Below, piece by piece: positions 43,086-54,648 of a DNA stretch of 57,447 nt. This DNA is from Mycobacterium sp. Lineage in GTDB: Bacteria; Actinomycetota; Actinomycetes; Mycobacteriales; Mycobacteriaceae. Both the position numbers and the translations under genes were made by a program. Position 1 is the first letter of the stretch, and each line of letters starts with the position of its first letter. The notes below the pieces were generated by a model. The model was not told the origin of the DNA. It was given only the letters and a program-made list of their open reading frames with translations, and did not search any database. The stretch spans positions 1 to 57,447 of the forward strand of contig JAHFVC010000002.1 in NCBI GenBank assembly GCA_023264765.1, given 5' to 3'.

Positions 43086-43137
43086 CGACTTGTGCACGTG
43101 CACCGGCGGTTGGCGCCGCTGAACGTGCACAAATCGC
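43085..43137. repeat. REP-like palindrome / hairpin after fadD6
   Basis: Imperfect inverted repeat GCGACTTGTGCACGTGCA ... TGAACGTGCACAAATCGC. Confidence 0.65.
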
Positions 43138-43157
43138 CACGACGCTAGCCTGGGGGC

Positions 43158-44033
43158 GTGCAGTCGACTTTCCTGGGCCGCCCGGTCGCCGGCGACCGGG
43201 CCATGATCATGGCCATCGTCAACCGCACCCCGGACTCCTTCTACGACCGCGGCGCCACCTTCGATGACCAGGACGCAAAAGACGCCGCACATCGCGTCAT
43301 CGCCGACGGTGCCGACGTCATCGACGTCGGCGGGGTGAAAGCGGGCCCCGGCAGCACCGTCGATGCCGACGAGGAGATCGCCCGTGTCGTTCCGTTCATC
43401 GAGTGGCTGCGCGGCGCGTATCCGGATCAGCTCATCAGCGTCGACACCTGGCGGGCCAGCGTCGCCAAGCAGGCCTGTGCTGCCGGTGCGGACCTGATCA
43501 ACGACACCTGGGCCGGGGCCGACCCGGGCCTGCCCGAGGTGGCCGCCGAGTTCGGGGCGGGGCTGGTGTGTTCACACACCGGCGGCGCCGTCCCGCGCAC
43601 CCGCCCGTTCCGGGTCAACTACGGGATCACCGAACACGGTGTCGTGGACGCGGTCATCGCCGAGGTGACCGCGGCCGCCGAGCATGCGGTGGCGGTCGGC
43701 GTCGGCAAAGACGCCATCCTGATCGATCCGACCCACGATTTCGGCAAAAACACTTACCACGGCCTTAGTTTGTTGCGCCATGTAAAAGATCTTGTAAATA
43801 CGGGATGGCCGGTCCTGATGGCCCTCAGTAACAAGGATTTCGTCGGGGAGACTCTGGGTGTGGGCCTCACCGAACGTCTGGAGGGGACACTGGCGGCGAC
43901 CGCCCTGGCGGCCGCCGACGGTGCCGCGATGTTCCGGGTACATGAGGTGGGACCCACTCGGCGCGTGCTGGAAATGGTCGCGTCGATCCAAGGGGAGCGT
44001 CCACCGACGCGGACCGTGAGGGGACTGGCATGA
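43158..44033 (+). CDS. folP2: Dihydropteroate synthase paralog
   Basis: NRTPDSFYD, DVGGVKAGPG, SNKDF and FRVHEV. Directly upstream of gpgS. Confidence 0.92.
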   Translation: MQSTFLGRPVAGDRAMIMAIVNRTPDSFYDRGATFDDQDAKDAAHRVIADGADVIDVGGVKAGPGSTVDADEEIARVVPFIEWLRGAYPDQLISVDTWRASVAKQACAAGADLINDTWAGADPGLPEVAAEFGAGLVCSHTGGAVPRTRPFRVNYGITEHGVVDAVIAEVTAAAEHAVAVGVGKDAILIDPTHDFGKNTYHGLSLLRHVKDLVNTGWPVLMALSNKDFVGETLGVGLTERLEGTLAATALAAADGAAMFRVHEVGPTRRVLEMVASIQGERPPTRTVRGLA

Positions 44034-44971
44034 CGCTAACGCCTGAGATGGCCACCGGAATCAACGGCCACCCGTGGCTCACCGATCACAGCTGGAGTCG
44101 ACCCATGTGGACGATCGCCGAACTGGAAGCCGCCAAAGCCGGCCGCACGGTCTCGGTGGTGCTACCGGCACTGAACGAGGAGGACACCGTCGGCTCGGTG
44201 GTGGAAACCATCGCGCCGCTGCTCGGCGGGCTGGTCGACGAGCTGATCGTGCTGGACTCCGGGTCCACCGATGACACCGAGATCCGGGCCGTCGCCGCGG
44301 GCGCCCGGGTGATCAGCCGCGAGACCGCGCTGCCGGAGGTCGAACCGCAACCCGGCAAAGGTGAAGTGTTGTGGCGCTCGCTGGCCGCCGCCACCGGCGA
44401 CATCATCGCCTTCGTCGACTCCGACCTGATCGATCCCGACCCGATGTTCGTACCCAATCTGCTGGGCCCGCTGCTCACCACGGATGGCGTGCACCTGGTC
44501 AAGGGCTTCTACCGGCGCCCGCTCAAGGTCAGCGGCGCCGAGGATGCCAACGGTGGCGGCCGCGTCACCGAATTGGTGGCCCGGCCGCTGCTCGCCGCGT
44601 TGCGCCCAGAGCTGACGTGCCTGCTACAGCCCTTGGGTGGCGAGTACGCAGGCACCCGAGAACTGCTCACCTCGGTACCGTTCGCGCCGGGCTACGGGGT
44701 CGAGATCGGCCTGCTGATCGACACCTACGACAAGCTGGGGCTGGACGCGATCGCCCAGGTCAATCTCGGGGTGCGGACGCACCGCAACCGCCCGCTGACC
44801 GAGCTCGCGGCCATGAGCCGGCAGGTGATCGCCACCCTGCTGTCGCGGTGCGGCATCCCGGACTCCGGCGTCGGGTTGACCCAGTTCTTCGCCGACGGCG
44901 ACGACTACACCGCCCGCACCTCCTCGGTCAGCCTGGAGGACCGACCGCCGATGAACACGCTGCGCCCCTGA
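44030..44971 (+). CDS. gpgS: Glucosyl-3-phosphoglycerate synthase
   Basis: VLPALNEE, GKGEVLW, DSD, GGRVTEL and QPLGGEYA. Confidence 0.95.
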   Translation: MTLTPEMATGINGHPWLTDHSWSRPMWTIAELEAAKAGRTVSVVLPALNEEDTVGSVVETIAPLLGGLVDELIVLDSGSTDDTEIRAVAAGARVISRETALPEVEPQPGKGEVLWRSLAAATGDIIAFVDSDLIDPDPMFVPNLLGPLLTTDGVHLVKGFYRRPLKVSGAEDANGGGRVTELVARPLLAALRPELTCLLQPLGGEYAGTRELLTSVPFAPGYGVEIGLLIDTYDKLGLDAIAQVNLGVRTHRNRPLTELAAMSRQVIATLLSRCGIPDSGVGLTQFFADGDDYTARTSSVSLEDRPPMNTLRP

Positions 44972-45002
44972 CCTTGTCGGTGGGGTAGGGCAAAATCGAG
45001 GC

Positions 45003-45356
45003 GTGACCCTGATCCTGCTCTACCTGGTCGTGCTCGTTCTGGTCGGCGTGGTCTTGTTTGCCCTGGGCAGTGTGCTGTTCGGTCGCGGCGAGTCTCTGCC
45101 GCCTCTTCCGCGCGGCACTACTGCCACGGTGCTGCCGGCCTCCGGGGTGACCGGCGCCGATGTCGACTCGGTCAAGCTGACGCAGACCTTCCGCGGCTAC
45201 AAGACCAGCGAGGTCGACTGGGTACTCGACCGGTTGGGTGCCGAGCTGGATCTGGTGCGCGGCGAATTGGCCGCGGTGCGGGCGGCGCACGGAATCCCCG
45301 AGGAGTCTGAACCGATCGAGCATGAGGCGGCGCATGCCCGCGCCGACGAATCGTGA
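45003..45356 (+). CDS. DivIVA-domain membrane protein (Rv1209)
   Basis: N-terminal TM followed by FRGYKTSEVDWVLDRL. Confidence 0.88.
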   Translation: MTLILLYLVVLVLVGVVLFALGSVLFGRGESLPPLPRGTTATVLPASGVTGADVDSVKLTQTFRGYKTSEVDWVLDRLGAELDLVRGELAAVRAAHGIPEESEPIEHEAAHARADES

Positions 45357-45937
45357 GCGAGTTGCCGGCTGAGGACAACCTGGTCCGGTGTGGCTGGGCG
45401 CCAACAGATTCCAAACCGGACTCGGTGCTCTACCGCAACTACCACGACACCGAATGGGGACAGCCGGTACGCGATTCGGCCGCGCTCTTCGAACGGGTCA
45501 GCCTGGAGGCCTTCCAGAGTGGGCTGTCCTGGTTGGTCATCCTGCGTAAGCGGGACAACTTCCGTCGGGCGTTCAAGAAGTTCGACGTGGCGAAGGTGGC
45601 CCGCTTCACCGAACGCGACGTGGAGCGCCTGCTGACCGACGAGGGCATCGTGCGCAACCGCGCCAAGATCGAGGCCACCATCGCCAATGCCAAGGCCGTC
45701 GCGGACCTCGATATCGAGCTGGCCGACCTGTTGTGGTCGTTTGCGCCGGAGTCGCGCATACGCCCCGCCGACATGGCCTCGGTGCCCGCCGTCACGCCCG
45801 AGTCCACGGCAATGGCCAAAGAACTCAAGCGCCGCGGGTTCCGTTTTGTCGGGCCGACGACGGCCTACGCCCTGATGCAGGCGACCGGCATGGTGGACGA
45901 CCACATCGCCTCCTGTTGGGTGCCGGCAGCGACCTGA
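45353..45937 (+). CDS. tagA: DNA-3-methyladenine glycosylase I
   Basis: RCGW, YHDTEWG, LEAFQSGLSW, FVGPTT and DHIASC. Confidence 0.95.
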   Translation: MSELPAEDNLVRCGWAPTDSKPDSVLYRNYHDTEWGQPVRDSAALFERVSLEAFQSGLSWLVILRKRDNFRRAFKKFDVAKVARFTERDVERLLTDEGIVRNRAKIEATIANAKAVADLDIELADLLWSFAPESRIRPADMASVPAVTPESTAMAKELKRRGFRFVGPTTAYALMQATGMVDDHIASCWVPAAT

Positions 45938-46091
45938 ACCGATCACGGTCCGGTGCCATCGCCGGGTCTTTTCACACCTAAGCGGTTGGATAGGGAACAA
46001 TAGGGTGAGTTCAGTACCAATCTCGAGCCGGCGACGCCGGCCATGAACGGGTCCGCCCACAGCGGGCCGGCTCACGCGGAGGGAGCACACG

Positions 46092-46259
46092 ATGGCGGCG
46101 ATGAAGCCCCGGACCGGTGACGGTCCACTGGAAGCGACCAAAGAGGGGCGCGGCATCGTGATGCGAGTACCACTGGAGGGTGGGGGGCGACTGGTCGTCG
46201 AACTCACCCCGGATGAGGCCGCCGCACTCGGCGACGAACTCAAAGGCGTGACCAGCTAG
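46092..46259 (+). CDS. DUF3117 small protein (Rv1211), 55 aa, missing from the ORF track
   Basis: Hand translation MAAMKPRTGDGPLEATKEGRGIVMRVPLEGGGRLVVELTPDEAAALGDELKGVTS. RBS GGAGGGAG. Confidence 0.92.
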   Translation: MAAMKPRTGDGPLEATKEGRGIVMRVPLEGGGRLVVELTPDEAAALGDELKGVTS

Positions 46260-46272
46260 ACCCCATCAGGAC

Positions 46273-46301
46273 ACAGCGCTGACCCCCAGGGTCAGCGCTG
46301 T
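46273..46301. terminator. Bidirectional hairpin between the Rv1211 ortholog and glgM
   Basis: 13-bp stem ACAGCGCTGACCC-CCA-GGGTCAGCGCTGT. Confidence 0.75.
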
Positions 46302-47455
46302 ACCTTGCGGTAGATCTCCAGGGTCTGCTCGGCGATATGCGCCCACGAGAACTCCTCGATACAGCGTTGCCGCCCGGCCACTCCGTAGCTGCGCGCGCGC
46401 TCGGGTTCGGCCACCAGCGCGTTGACCGCATCCGCGAGACGCTGCTCGAAGAACGCGGTGTCCTTCGCGTCGTAGTGCACCAGCAGGCCCGTGCTGTGGT
46501 CGGCTACCACCTCGGGAATGCCCCCGACATCGGACGCGACCACGGCCGTCCCGCACGCCATCGCCTCCAGGTTGACGATGCCCAGCGGTTCGTACACCGA
46601 GGGGCATACGAAAACCGATGCTGCGGACAGAATTTCGCGGATCTTGCCGATCGGCAGCATCTCGCGCACCCAGAACACACCGGTACGGCTGCGCGCCAGC
46701 TCAGCAACGGCGGCACCGATCTCCGCGGCGATCTCCGGGGTATCCGGCGCTCCCGCGCACAGCACCAGCTGCACATCCGGATCGAACTTGTGGGCCGCGG
46801 CGACCAGATGCGCGACGCCCTTCTGCCGGGTGATACGCCCGACGAACGCGACGATCGGCTTGTCCAGGTCGACACCCAGTTCCGCCAGCACGGACTCGCC
46901 GGGGACCGGTGGGGCCGGATACCAGACCGTGGTGTCGATGCCGTTGCGCACCACGTGCACCTTCTCGGGATCCAGCGCCGGGTAGGTGCTCAGCACGTCG
47001 TTGCGCATCCCTGAGCTGACCGCGACGACCGCGTCGGCGGCCTCGATCGCCGTCTTCTCCACCCACGACGAGACCCGGTAGCCACCGCCGAGTTGCTCAG
47101 CCTTCCACGGTCGCAACGGTTCCAGCGAATGTGCCGTCAGCACGTGCGGGACGCCGTACAGCTGCGCGGCCAGGTGTCCGGCCATCCCGGTGTACCAGGT
47201 GTGCGAATGCACCACGGTGGCGGTCGCGGCGTTGTTGACCATCACCAGGTCCGCCGACAGTGTGGACAGCGCGGCATTGGCCGACGCGAGTGCCGGGTCG
47301 GGCTGGGCGACGATGGCGGTGTCGCGGGGCGCGCCCATGCAGTGCACGTCGACCTCACACAGATGTCTGAGTTGGGTGACGAGTTCGGTGACGTGTACGC
47401 CGGCACCGCCGTACACCTCAGGTGGATACTCCCGCGTCATCATCGCCACCCGCAT
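46292..47455 (-). CDS. glgM: Alpha-maltose-1-phosphate synthase (GT4; often annotated glgA)
   Basis: [25 protein letters not shown] and [13 protein letters not shown]. Confidence 0.93.
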   Translation of the reverse strand: MRVAMMTREYPPEVYGGAGVHVTELVTQLRHLCEVDVHCMGAPRDTAIVAQPDPALASANAALSTLSADLVMVNNAATATVVHSHTWYTGMAGHLAAQLYGVPHVLTAHSLEPLRPWKAEQLGGGYRVSSWVEKTAIEAADAVVAVSSGMRNDVLSTYPALDPEKVHVVRNGIDTTVWYPAPPVPGESVLAELGVDLDKPIVAFVGRITRQKGVAHLVAAAHKFDPDVQLVLCAGAPDTPEIAAEIGAAVAELARSRTGVFWVREMLPIGKIREILSAASVFVCPSVYEPLGIVNLEAMACGTAVVASDVGGIPEVVADHSTGLLVHYDAKDTAFFEQRLADAVNALVAEPERARSYGVAGRQRCIEEFSWAHIAEQTLEIYRKVQR

Positions 47456-47597
47456 GGTGTGCACGGTAGTGGGCGGCGGTTCGTGGCGCACCGTTGCGGT
47501 CAACCTTTTGCGCGCGAGAGCGAAATGTCTTGACCAGCATGCGCCAATAGGGGCGATTGACTGGCTCTGTTGCGGTATCGCCGATAGGTTGGCAAGC

Positions 47598-48812
47598 ATG
47601 AGGGAAGCGCCACACGTGCTGGGCATCGTCCTGGCCGGCGGAGAAGGGAAACGCCTCTACCCGTTGACAGCCGACCGTGCCAAACCCGCGGTGCCCTTCG
47701 GCGGTTCCTATCGCCTCATCGATTTCGTGCTCTCCAACCTGGTCAATGCCCGATTCCTGCGGATTTGTGTTCTCACGCAATACAAATCGCATTCGCTCGA
47801 TCGACACATCTCGCAGAACTGGCGGTTGTCCGGTCTGGCCGGCGAATACATCACCCCCGTGCCCGCCCAGCAGCGGCTGGGCCCGCGCTGGTACACCGGC
47901 TCGGGTGACGCGATCCTGCAATCGCTGAATCTCATCTATGACGAGGATCCCGACTACGTCGTCGTGTTCGGTGCCGACCACATCTATCGGATGGATCCCG
48001 AGCAGATGCTGCGGTTCCACATCGAGAGCGGTGCGGGCGCCACCGTCGCCGGCATCCGGGTGCCGCGCGCCGAGGCATCGGCCTTCGGCTGCATCGACGC
48101 CGACGAATCGGGCCGGATCCGAGGTTGGGTGGAGAAGCCGGCCGACCCGCCGGGCACCCCCGACGACCCGGAGCAGACGTTCGTCTCGATGGGCAACTAC
48201 ATCTTCACCACTAAGGTCCTCATCGACGCCATCCGCGCCGACGCCGAGGACGACCACTCCGACCATGACATGGGCGGCGACATCATCCCGCGCTTGGTGT
48301 CCGACGGCATGGCCGCTGTCTACGACTTCAACGACAACGAAGTGCCCGGTGCCACCGAGCGCGACCACGGCTACTGGCGTGACGTCGGCACCCTCGACGC
48401 GTTCTACGACGCGCACATGGACCTGGTGTCGGTGCACCCGATCTTCAACCTCTACAACAAGCGCTGGCCCATCCGCGGCGGCTCGGAGAACCTGGCACCG
48501 GCCAAGTTCGTCAACGGCGGATCCGCCCAGGAATCCGTCGTCGGGGCGGGCAGCATCATTTCCGCGGCCTCCGTGCGCAATTCGGTGCTGTCCTCCAACG
48601 TCGCCATCGACGACGGTGCCATCGTCGAGGGCAGCGTGCTGATGCCCGGTGTGCGTATCGGTCGTGGCGCGGTGGTGCGCAGGGCGATTCTGGACAAGAA
48701 CGTCGTCGTCGGACCCGGCGAGATGGTGGGCGTGGACCTGGACAAGGACCGTGAACGGTTCTCGATCAGTTCCGGGGGAGTGGTGGCTGTGGGGAAGGGC
48801 GTCTGGATCTGA
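47598..48812 (+). CDS. glgC: Glucose-1-phosphate adenylyltransferase
   Basis: [30 protein letters not shown] and YWRDVGT. Confidence 0.96.
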   Translation: MREAPHVLGIVLAGGEGKRLYPLTADRAKPAVPFGGSYRLIDFVLSNLVNARFLRICVLTQYKSHSLDRHISQNWRLSGLAGEYITPVPAQQRLGPRWYTGSGDAILQSLNLIYDEDPDYVVVFGADHIYRMDPEQMLRFHIESGAGATVAGIRVPRAEASAFGCIDADESGRIRGWVEKPADPPGTPDDPEQTFVSMGNYIFTTKVLIDAIRADAEDDHSDHDMGGDIIPRLVSDGMAAVYDFNDNEVPGATERDHGYWRDVGTLDAFYDAHMDLVSVHPIFNLYNKRWPIRGGSENLAPAKFVNGGSAQESVVGAGSIISAASVRNSVLSSNVAIDDGAIVEGSVLMPGVRIGRGAVVRRAILDKNVVVGPGEMVGVDLDKDRERFSISSGGVVAVGKGVWI

Positions 48813-49380
48813 CCCGGCGTCGCCACCGCCACACCTGGACGATCACCGCGGCCAGCACCACCAGCGCCACCAGGACCAGCGCGGGCACCAGGATGGCGCT
48901 GAAAACCAACCCGACGCTGACGACGTCTTCGGCGGTACTGAGCACCGGCGCGGCCATCCCGGCGGTGCCGATGTTGGCGACGGGCCGCACCGCCGATTTG
49001 GTCAGTGACACCACCAGCGCGGTGACCACCCCGATCGCCACCGCCACCCACTGACCGGAACTGGCGAATGCGCCCGGGTCTGTCACGGCCGCGGTCTGCG
49101 CCGCGGTGCCCGAGCCGAACACGATGCCGCCGGCGGTGGGCCGCACGAAGGTCTGGATGGTGTCGTTGACGGAATCCAGGGCGGGCACCTTGTCGGCGAT
49201 CACCTCGACCACCAACAGCACCGCGACGATGAGCAGCACCCAGCCGTTCTCCAGCCATGCCCACCCGGACGGCAGGCTCACCAGGTCGGTGAACCGGGAC
49301 AGCAGCCCCAGCGCCAGGAGGGGGATGTAGGCGTTCAGCCCCGCCGCGGTGGCCAGCCCGAATCCGGTCAGCAACTCCAC
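48766..49380 (-). CDS. DUF4126 membrane protein
   Basis: [18 protein letters not shown] and S.AED motifs. Confidence 0.82.
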   Translation of the reverse strand: MELLTGFGLATAAGLNAYIPLLALGLLSRFTDLVSLPSGWAWLENGWVLLIVAVLLVVEVIADKVPALDSVNDTIQTFVRPTAGGIVFGSGTAAQTAAVTDPGAFASSGQWVAVAIGVVTALVVSLTKSAVRPVANIGTAGMAAPVLSTAEDVVSVGLVFSAILVPALVLVALVVLAAVIVQVWRWRRRVRSRRPSPQPPLPRN

Positions 49381-49384
49381 GTCG

Positions 49385-49588
49385 TCAGTATGCGGTGCGC
49401 CGCTGCTTGTGGTCGTCGCTATGCGGCCGGTCGTGTGCGGGAACTTTGGGCGTATCGCGAGGACCGCGGCCCTTGCCCGCGATGGTGCTGAGTGCGCGGC
49501 GGCAGCGCGGGCACACCGGATTCCCGTTCTTGTCCACGGCCCAGGCCTTGCCGGCACCGGGACATGGCGTTGCGCGGGGACTGGGCAT
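49385..49588 (-). CDS. Small basic Cys/His protein (67 aa), possible Zn-binding
   Basis: CPGAG...CPRC...PAH. Fits exactly between co-oriented genes. Confidence 0.5.
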   Translation of the reverse strand: MPSPRATPCPGAGKAWAVDKNGNPVCPRCRRALSTIAGKGRGPRDTPKVPAHDRPHSDDHKQRRTAY

Positions 49589-49614
49589 CTCCTGATCCTA
49601 AGTCGGCGCCGCGC

Positions 49615-50289
49615 TCACCAGACATAGGGCACCACGCGGTACGGCACCGCGTGGATGTAGTCGGCGTATCCGGTCAGTTCGGTGCGCAATAAGGACTCCT
49701 CGTCGAGGATGCGCAGCACCAGGATCGGCACGGCCAGCGCGGTGACGAGCAGACCCCAGTACGAGTCCAGCGCAAGCGGGGTGCCGAACATCATGATCAG
49801 CGCCCCCGCGTACATGGGATGGCGTACCACGCCGTACAGGCCCGTCGAGACCAGCGGTTGCTCGCCCTCGACGCGGATGCTGGCGCCGGCGAAGTTGTTC
49901 TGCAGCACCACCACCTGGGCGAGAACCAGACCGATCACCACCAGGACGTTGCCCAGGATGATCATCGCCGTGGGCACGTGGGACCACCCGAAGCGGTGAT
50001 CCAGCGCGCTCACCACCGTCAGCACCACCACGGAAGCGAACGTCGCCGTGATGATGATCTTCTGCAGCGGTCGCGTCTCGGCAGTGGGGCCGCCGTGCAT
50101 CCGCCGGGCCAGGGTGGCCGGGTTCTTCACCGCGAGGTAGACGTTGGGCACCAGGGTGGTGGCCATGAACACCGCGATGAAAACCCACGCCTGCCAATAG
50201 TTCACTGTGCCCGCGGGCAGGAACAACAGCACGCCGAAGAACACCAGTCCGAAGAATCCGGAGACGACTGCCTGGGCCATGAGCTTCAT
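49615..50289 (-). CDS. Isoprenylcysteine carboxyl methyltransferase family protein (Rv1216c)
   Basis: STGLYGVVRHPMY and RILDEE..L...L.GY. Confidence 0.9.
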   Translation of the reverse strand: MKLMAQAVVSGFFGLVFFGVLLFLPAGTVNYWQAWVFIAVFMATTLVPNVYLAVKNPATLARRMHGGPTAETRPLQKIIITATFASVVVLTVVSALDHRFGWSHVPTAMIILGNVLVVIGLVLAQVVVLQNNFAGASIRVEGEQPLVSTGLYGVVRHPMYAGALIMMFGTPLALDSYWGLLVTALAVPILVLRILDEESLLRTELTGYADYIHAVPYRVVPYVW

Positions 50290-51911
50290 CGGACGTCCCT
50301 GCGCCGGAAGGCGAAGAGCCCCAGTGCGATCAGCGCCGCGTCGATCGCCGACAACCACACCAGCGGGGTCACGGTGAAGGCGCCGGGTCGCGGGATGTGG
50401 GTGAACGGTTCCAGATCCAGCAGCAACTGCGGAAAGCCGGACAGCGACCCCAACAGGAACAGCGCGATGAATCCGATCAGCACACCCCATGCCAGCGGCG
50501 CGAAACGTGGTGCCAGACCGAACAAGGCGACGGTCACGGCCACCAGCAGCCACACCGCGGGCAGTTGCACCGCCGCGGCGGCCAGCACGACCGCCAGCTT
50601 GCCGCCGACATCGCCGGCCGCGGCGCCGTAGGACAGCCCCGCCACCACACCGGCGATCAGCAAGGCACCCGCCGATCCGACGACAGCCGGCAGGAGATGG
50701 CTTGCCATCCAACGTGTTCGGCTCACCGCGCCGGCCAGCACCGCCTCGGCGTGCTGGCCGGACTCCTCCTGGTGCAGGCGCAGCGTCAGGGATATCGCGA
50801 ACGCCGACGTGATCATCGCGAGCATGCTGAATGCCACCGCCACGAACGCCTCTTCCATTGCGGTACTGCCGCCGAGTCGCACGACGACATCACGGGCCAC
50901 CTCGCTGTTGCCGACCTCGTCGGCGATGCCGTGCACCACACTGCCGATCAGCAACCCGTAGAGACACAGCCCGACGGTCCACAGCAGCAGTGCGCCGCGG
51001 TCCAGTCGCAGCGCCAAGCCCACCGGGCCGCTCAGACCGGCACCGGCCGCGGGCGGTCCGGGCCGCTCGGCGAACAGCCCTGCGCCGATGTCGCGGCGAG
51101 CCAGCAGTCGGTAGGCCAAGGCGGTCAGCGCGACGCAGAGCACCAGATGCAGCAGCAGCACCCACCAGCGGTCACCGGCGAATGGGCGGACCTGCAGCGA
51201 CCAGCCCAGCGGGGAGAGCCAACTCAGCGGGCCGCCCGCGATGCCGGACGCGTCGCCGACCGCGCGCAGGGTGAATGCGACCGCGAGGGCGGAAAAGGCT
51301 GCGCCACGGGCGAATCGGGCACTCGAGGACAGCTGCGCGGTGACGGCCGCGGCGGCGGTGAACACCAGGCCGGAGGCGGCCAGTGCGGCACCGAAGGCGA
51401 GGGATCCGGCCGGCGGGATGTCCAGCGTCAGCAGGCCGGCGGTGGCCAGGACGCCGGTGAGCAGCGCCGCCGAGCCGGTGAGGACCAGTGCCGCGGTGAG
51501 GGCGGCGTAACGGCCGATGGCGGTGGAGTCGAGCAGTTCGGTGCGCCCGGATTCCTCGTCGCCCCGGGTGTGCCGGATGACGGTCAGGATGACGGCCACC
51601 GCGATCAGCAGGTGGAACATCCCGGCTTTCCACACACCCACCGCTCCGACGGATTCGTTGTAGATGTTGCCGTAGAGGGCGCGTTGCGCTGGGCTGGCCA
51701 TGATCGTGGCGGCGAACGACGCGCGGTCGGCGGCGGTGGGGTAGACGGCCTCGGTGCTGCCGACGTAGACGGTGGCCACCGGGACCGACAACAGCAGCAC
51801 CCACAACGGCAGCGTCACCCGGTCACGGCGCAGGTAAAGGCGAAGCAGTCCAACGGTTCCGGTGAAGTTGGACGACCGGACGGGGCGGCGATCCATGACG
51901 GCGGTGGTCAT
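50286..51911 (-). CDS. Tetronasin-type ABC exporter permease (Rv1217c)
   Basis: [32 protein letters not shown] and many TM segments. Confidence 0.9.
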   Translation of the reverse strand: MTTAVMDRRPVRSSNFTGTVGLLRLYLRRDRVTLPLWVLLLSVPVATVYVGSTEAVYPTAADRASFAATIMASPAQRALYGNIYNESVGAVGVWKAGMFHLLIAVAVILTVIRHTRGDEESGRTELLDSTAIGRYAALTAALVLTGSAALLTGVLATAGLLTLDIPPAGSLAFGAALAASGLVFTAAAAVTAQLSSSARFARGAAFSALAVAFTLRAVGDASGIAGGPLSWLSPLGWSLQVRPFAGDRWWVLLLHLVLCVALTALAYRLLARRDIGAGLFAERPGPPAAGAGLSGPVGLALRLDRGALLLWTVGLCLYGLLIGSVVHGIADEVGNSEVARDVVVRLGGSTAMEEAFVAVAFSMLAMITSAFAISLTLRLHQEESGQHAEAVLAGAVSRTRWMASHLLPAVVGSAGALLIAGVVAGLSYGAAAGDVGGKLAVVLAAAAVQLPAVWLLVAVTVALFGLAPRFAPLAWGVLIGFIALFLLGSLSGFPQLLLDLEPFTHIPRPGAFTVTPLVWLSAIDAALIALGLFAFRRRDVR

Positions 51912-52804
51912 GAGTGCACCACGTCGTAGTGCTGCAGGAACAGGTCCTCCAGGGTGGGGGGCTGACTGACCAGGCTGCGCACGCCCGCATCGCCGAGCAC
52001 CTTGATCACCCGGCCGAGGCTCTCGCTGTCGACCTGTGCGCGCAGGGTCGCTCCGTCGAGGCTGATGTCCTCGACGCCGGGGATGAGGCTGAGATCGCCC
52101 GGGTTGCCGATCATCTCGGCGGTGATCGAGGTGCGGGACAGGTGCCGCATCGAATCCAGGGTGCCCGTCTCGACGGTGCGCCCGGCGCGGATGATGGTCA
52201 GCCGGTCGCAGAGGGCCTCGGTCTCGGCGAGGATGTGGCTGGACAACAGGACCGTCGTGCCGCGGTCGTTGGCCTCGCGCACGCACTGCTGAAAGATGTT
52301 CTCCATCAACGGGTCCAGGCCGCTGCTCGGTTCGTCGAGCAATAGCAGCCGGGCATGCGAAGCGAAGGCGGAGATCAGGGATACTTTCTGCCGGTTGCCC
52401 TTCGAGTAGGTGCGGGCCTTCTTCGTCGGATCCAGGGCGAAGCGTTCGATGAGTTCGGCGCGCCGTCCGGCATCGATATCACCGCGCATCCGGGCCAGCA
52501 GGTCGATGGTCTCGCCGCCGGTGAGTGACGGCCACAGCGTGACATCACCTGGCACATAGGCGATGTCGCGATGCAGCTCGACGGCGTCCGACCACGGGTC
52601 ACCACCGAGCAGGCGCACGGTGCCCGCGTCGGCGCGGACCAGGCCCAGAAGCGTGCGGATGGTGGTGGACTTGCCGGCCCCGTTGGGGCCGAGGAATCCG
52701 TGCACCTCGCCGGCGGCGACGGTGAGATCGAGTCCGTCCAGGGCTCGCGCCGAGCCGAATTTCTTGACCAGGCCGCGGATTTCGATGGCGTTCTGCGTCA
52801 TCAT
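51908..52804 (-). CDS. ABC exporter ATP-binding subunit (Rv1218c)
   Basis: [17 protein letters not shown] and LLLDEP. Confidence 0.92.
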   Translation of the reverse strand: MMTQNAIEIRGLVKKFGSARALDGLDLTVAAGEVHGFLGPNGAGKSTTIRTLLGLVRADAGTVRLLGGDPWSDAVELHRDIAYVPGDVTLWPSLTGGETIDLLARMRGDIDAGRRAELIERFALDPTKKARTYSKGNRQKVSLISAFASHARLLLLDEPSSGLDPLMENIFQQCVREANDRGTTVLLSSHILAETEALCDRLTIIRAGRTVETGTLDSMRHLSRTSITAEMIGNPGDLSLIPGVEDISLDGATLRAQVDSESLGRVIKVLGDAGVRSLVSQPPTLEDLFLQHYDVVHS

Positions 52805-53460
52805 GGGTTTCCTTCCGAAGAGGTGACGACCGGCAGTCCTTGTTCGTCTCGGGCGACGAAGGCGTCGTACATCGTGGAGTCGGTGAGCAGCCCCTGGGTG
52901 TAGACCTCGAGGGCCGGCAGCACCATTTCCTGCGCGTAGTCGTGCAGCACGGCCTTGACGTCGGTGGGATTCTCGTGCAGCTGCACGTACATCAGGAAGG
53001 CGCCGCCGCCGGCCATGGCCAGGAATCTGGCGCGCGCCTTGGGGTTTCGGCTCGGCTTGACGGTGCCGGCGCGAACGCCCTCCTCGATGTACTGCTCCAC
53101 GTTGTCGAGCATCCTGCGCCACAACTTGTTCGACAGCTCGCCGCCGGTCTGCATGGACCGCACCAGGTAGGCCATCGCGGGTGCGAACGCCTCGATCTCG
53201 GCCATCTGGGCGAACCAGCTGGCCGGATCGGTGCTCTGGATGGATTCCGTCTTGGCTTCCAGGATCGATTCGGCGATGAAGTCGTCACACGCCTGGCGCA
53301 GCTTGTCCTTGGAACCGAAGTGGTGGATCACCAGACCGGGGCTCACACCCGCCGCGGTGGCGATGGCCCGCACGCTGGTGCCGAAGCCGTGCTGGCCGAA
53401 CTGTTCGATCGCGGCGTCGCGGATTCGTGCGGCGGCGGTCAGATCATCGACTGAACGCAT
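52801..53460 (-). CDS. raaS: TetR family regulator RaaS (Rv1219c)
   Basis: [18 protein letters not shown]...[14 protein letters not shown]. Heads the Rv1219c-1216c operon. Confidence 0.88.
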   Translation of the reverse strand: MRSVDDLTAAARIRDAAIEQFGQHGFGTSVRAIATAAGVSPGLVIHHFGSKDKLRQACDDFIAESILEAKTESIQSTDPASWFAQMAEIEAFAPAMAYLVRSMQTGGELSNKLWRRMLDNVEQYIEEGVRAGTVKPSRNPKARARFLAMAGGGAFLMYVQLHENPTDVKAVLHDYAQEMVLPALEVYTQGLLTDSTMYDAFVARDEQGLPVVTSSEGNP

Positions 53461-53486
53461 GTTCAGTAGATTAAACGCGTGTTCAG
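53451..53486. promoter_or_regulatory. RaaS operator (two imperfect palindromes)
   Basis: CTGAAC-GCAT-GTTCAG and TTAAAC-GCGT-GTTCAG; the first overlaps the raaS start codon. Confidence 0.75.
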
Positions 53487-53502
53487 CTCGCCGTCAAGGG
53501 TG

Positions 53503-53529
53503 GGTTTGGAATGCGCGGTCCGGTGGTAC
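53503..53529 (+). promoter_or_regulatory. SigF-like promoter for csbD
   Basis: GGTTT-N16-TGGTAC versus the consensus GGWWT-N16-GGGTAY. Confidence 0.5.
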
Positions 53530-53589
53530 TCCGGGACAGGCTCAGCGTGGAGCCGATTACGCAGAACTCAAGTTCGAACCGGAGGAATC

Positions 53590-53760
53590 ATGGGCGTCGC
53601 AGACAAGGCCAGCAACAAGATCGAAGATCTGGGCGGTAAGGCTAAAGAAGCGGTCGGTCGCGCGACCAATGATCAAGGCACCGAGAACGAAGGCAAGGTG
53701 GACCAGGCGAAGGCCGGCATCAAGGATGCCGTCGAGAAGGTCAAGGACGTTTTCAACTAA
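53590..53760 (+). CDS. CsbD family stress protein
   Basis: NKIEDLGGKAKEAVGRAT.D...ENEGK.DQ. RBS GGAGG. Confidence 0.9.
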   Translation: MGVADKASNKIEDLGGKAKEAVGRATNDQGTENEGKVDQAKAGIKDAVEKVKDVFN

Positions 53761-53771
53761 GCCGCCACGCT

Positions 53772-53812
53772 CGAAGCCAGCCCGCCGGGAACAACCTGAC
53801 GGGCTGACTTCG
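53772..53812. terminator. Hairpin between convergent csbD and the O-methyltransferase
   Basis: CGAAGCCAGCCCG ... CGGGCTGACTTCG. Confidence 0.65.
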
Positions 53813-53823
53813 TCGAAGGAGGT

Positions 53824-54471
53824 TTAGTCCCGCGCCGCGGCGAGCAGTCCGTCGCCCAGCGGCACCAGCACGGGGGTGAAGCGCTCGTCCTCGGCGATCA
53901 GGCGGGCCGCTTCGCGCACGGCACTCACCTCGGGGTCATTGGCGGTGGCGTCGCCGGCGCGCCCGCCCAGTGCGGCGCGGTGCACGATCACCGCCCCGCC
54001 GGGACGCAGCAGCCGGACAGCCTCGGCCACATATAGCGGCTGATCCGTCGGCGCGGCATCGATGAACACCAGGTCATAGGACTCATCGGCCAGCCGGGTC
54101 AGCACTTCCTGAGCCCGTCCGCCGATCAACCGGGTGCGCGAGGGTCCCACGCCGGCTTCGGTGAAGGCCTGCTTGGCCAGGCGCTGATGCTCGGGCTCGA
54201 TGTCGATCGTGGTGAGCACGCCGTCCTCGCGCATCCCGGCGAGGAGCCACAGCCCGCTCACGCCGGCCCCGGTCCCCACTTCCACGACGGCTTTCGCGCC
54301 GGTCAGGCGGGCCAACACACTCAGCAGGGCTCCAACGGCGGGGGTGACGGCACCCGCGCCGGAGTCGACGGCGCGTTCGCGCGCCGCGGCGGTGACGTTG
54401 TCCTCGGTGATCGACCCCTCGGCGTGCGAGACGATCGCCTGGGCACGGTGCGCGTCGTCGGTGCTGGCCAT
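53824..54471 (-). CDS. O-methyltransferase (Rv1220c)
   Basis: [12 protein letters not shown] and YDLVFIDA. Divergent from sigE. Confidence 0.92.
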   Translation of the reverse strand: MASTDDAHRAQAIVSHAEGSITEDNVTAAARERAVDSGAGAVTPAVGALLSVLARLTGAKAVVEVGTGAGVSGLWLLAGMREDGVLTTIDIEPEHQRLAKQAFTEAGVGPSRTRLIGGRAQEVLTRLADESYDLVFIDAAPTDQPLYVAEAVRLLRPGGAVIVHRAALGGRAGDATANDPEVSAVREAARLIAEDERFTPVLVPLGDGLLAAARD

Positions 54472-54587
54472 GCCCGCAGCGTAGAGCGAACCCGGACCCG
54501 GCTGCGCAGCGACACGCCCGCCTCGGAGTTCAGGATCACATCGATTTCCGCGAGGTTTTGCCTGGTCGAGTATCGGGTAACAAGCTT

Positions 54588-54604
54588 TCTCAGGAAGAGT
54601 TCAG
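54588..54604 (+). promoter_or_regulatory. MprA box upstream of sigE
   Basis: TCTCAG-N5-GTTCAG hexamer repeat. MprA regulation of sigE is established. Confidence 0.65.
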
Positions 54605-54648
54605 TTTTCTTCTATGTCTGGCTTATCGCGGTGGGCGAACGTACTGGC

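Noticed and set aside
45938-46091. Possible sRNA or riboswitch upstream of the DUF3117 gene
   Set aside because: GC-rich pairing is possible but no recognisable family motif is present. It cannot be supported without a covariance search.
48766-48812. Convergent 3' overlaps (glgC/DUF4126; also ABC-F/EspK-like at 34309-34325)
   Set aside because: Short convergent overlaps are common in compact high-GC genomes.
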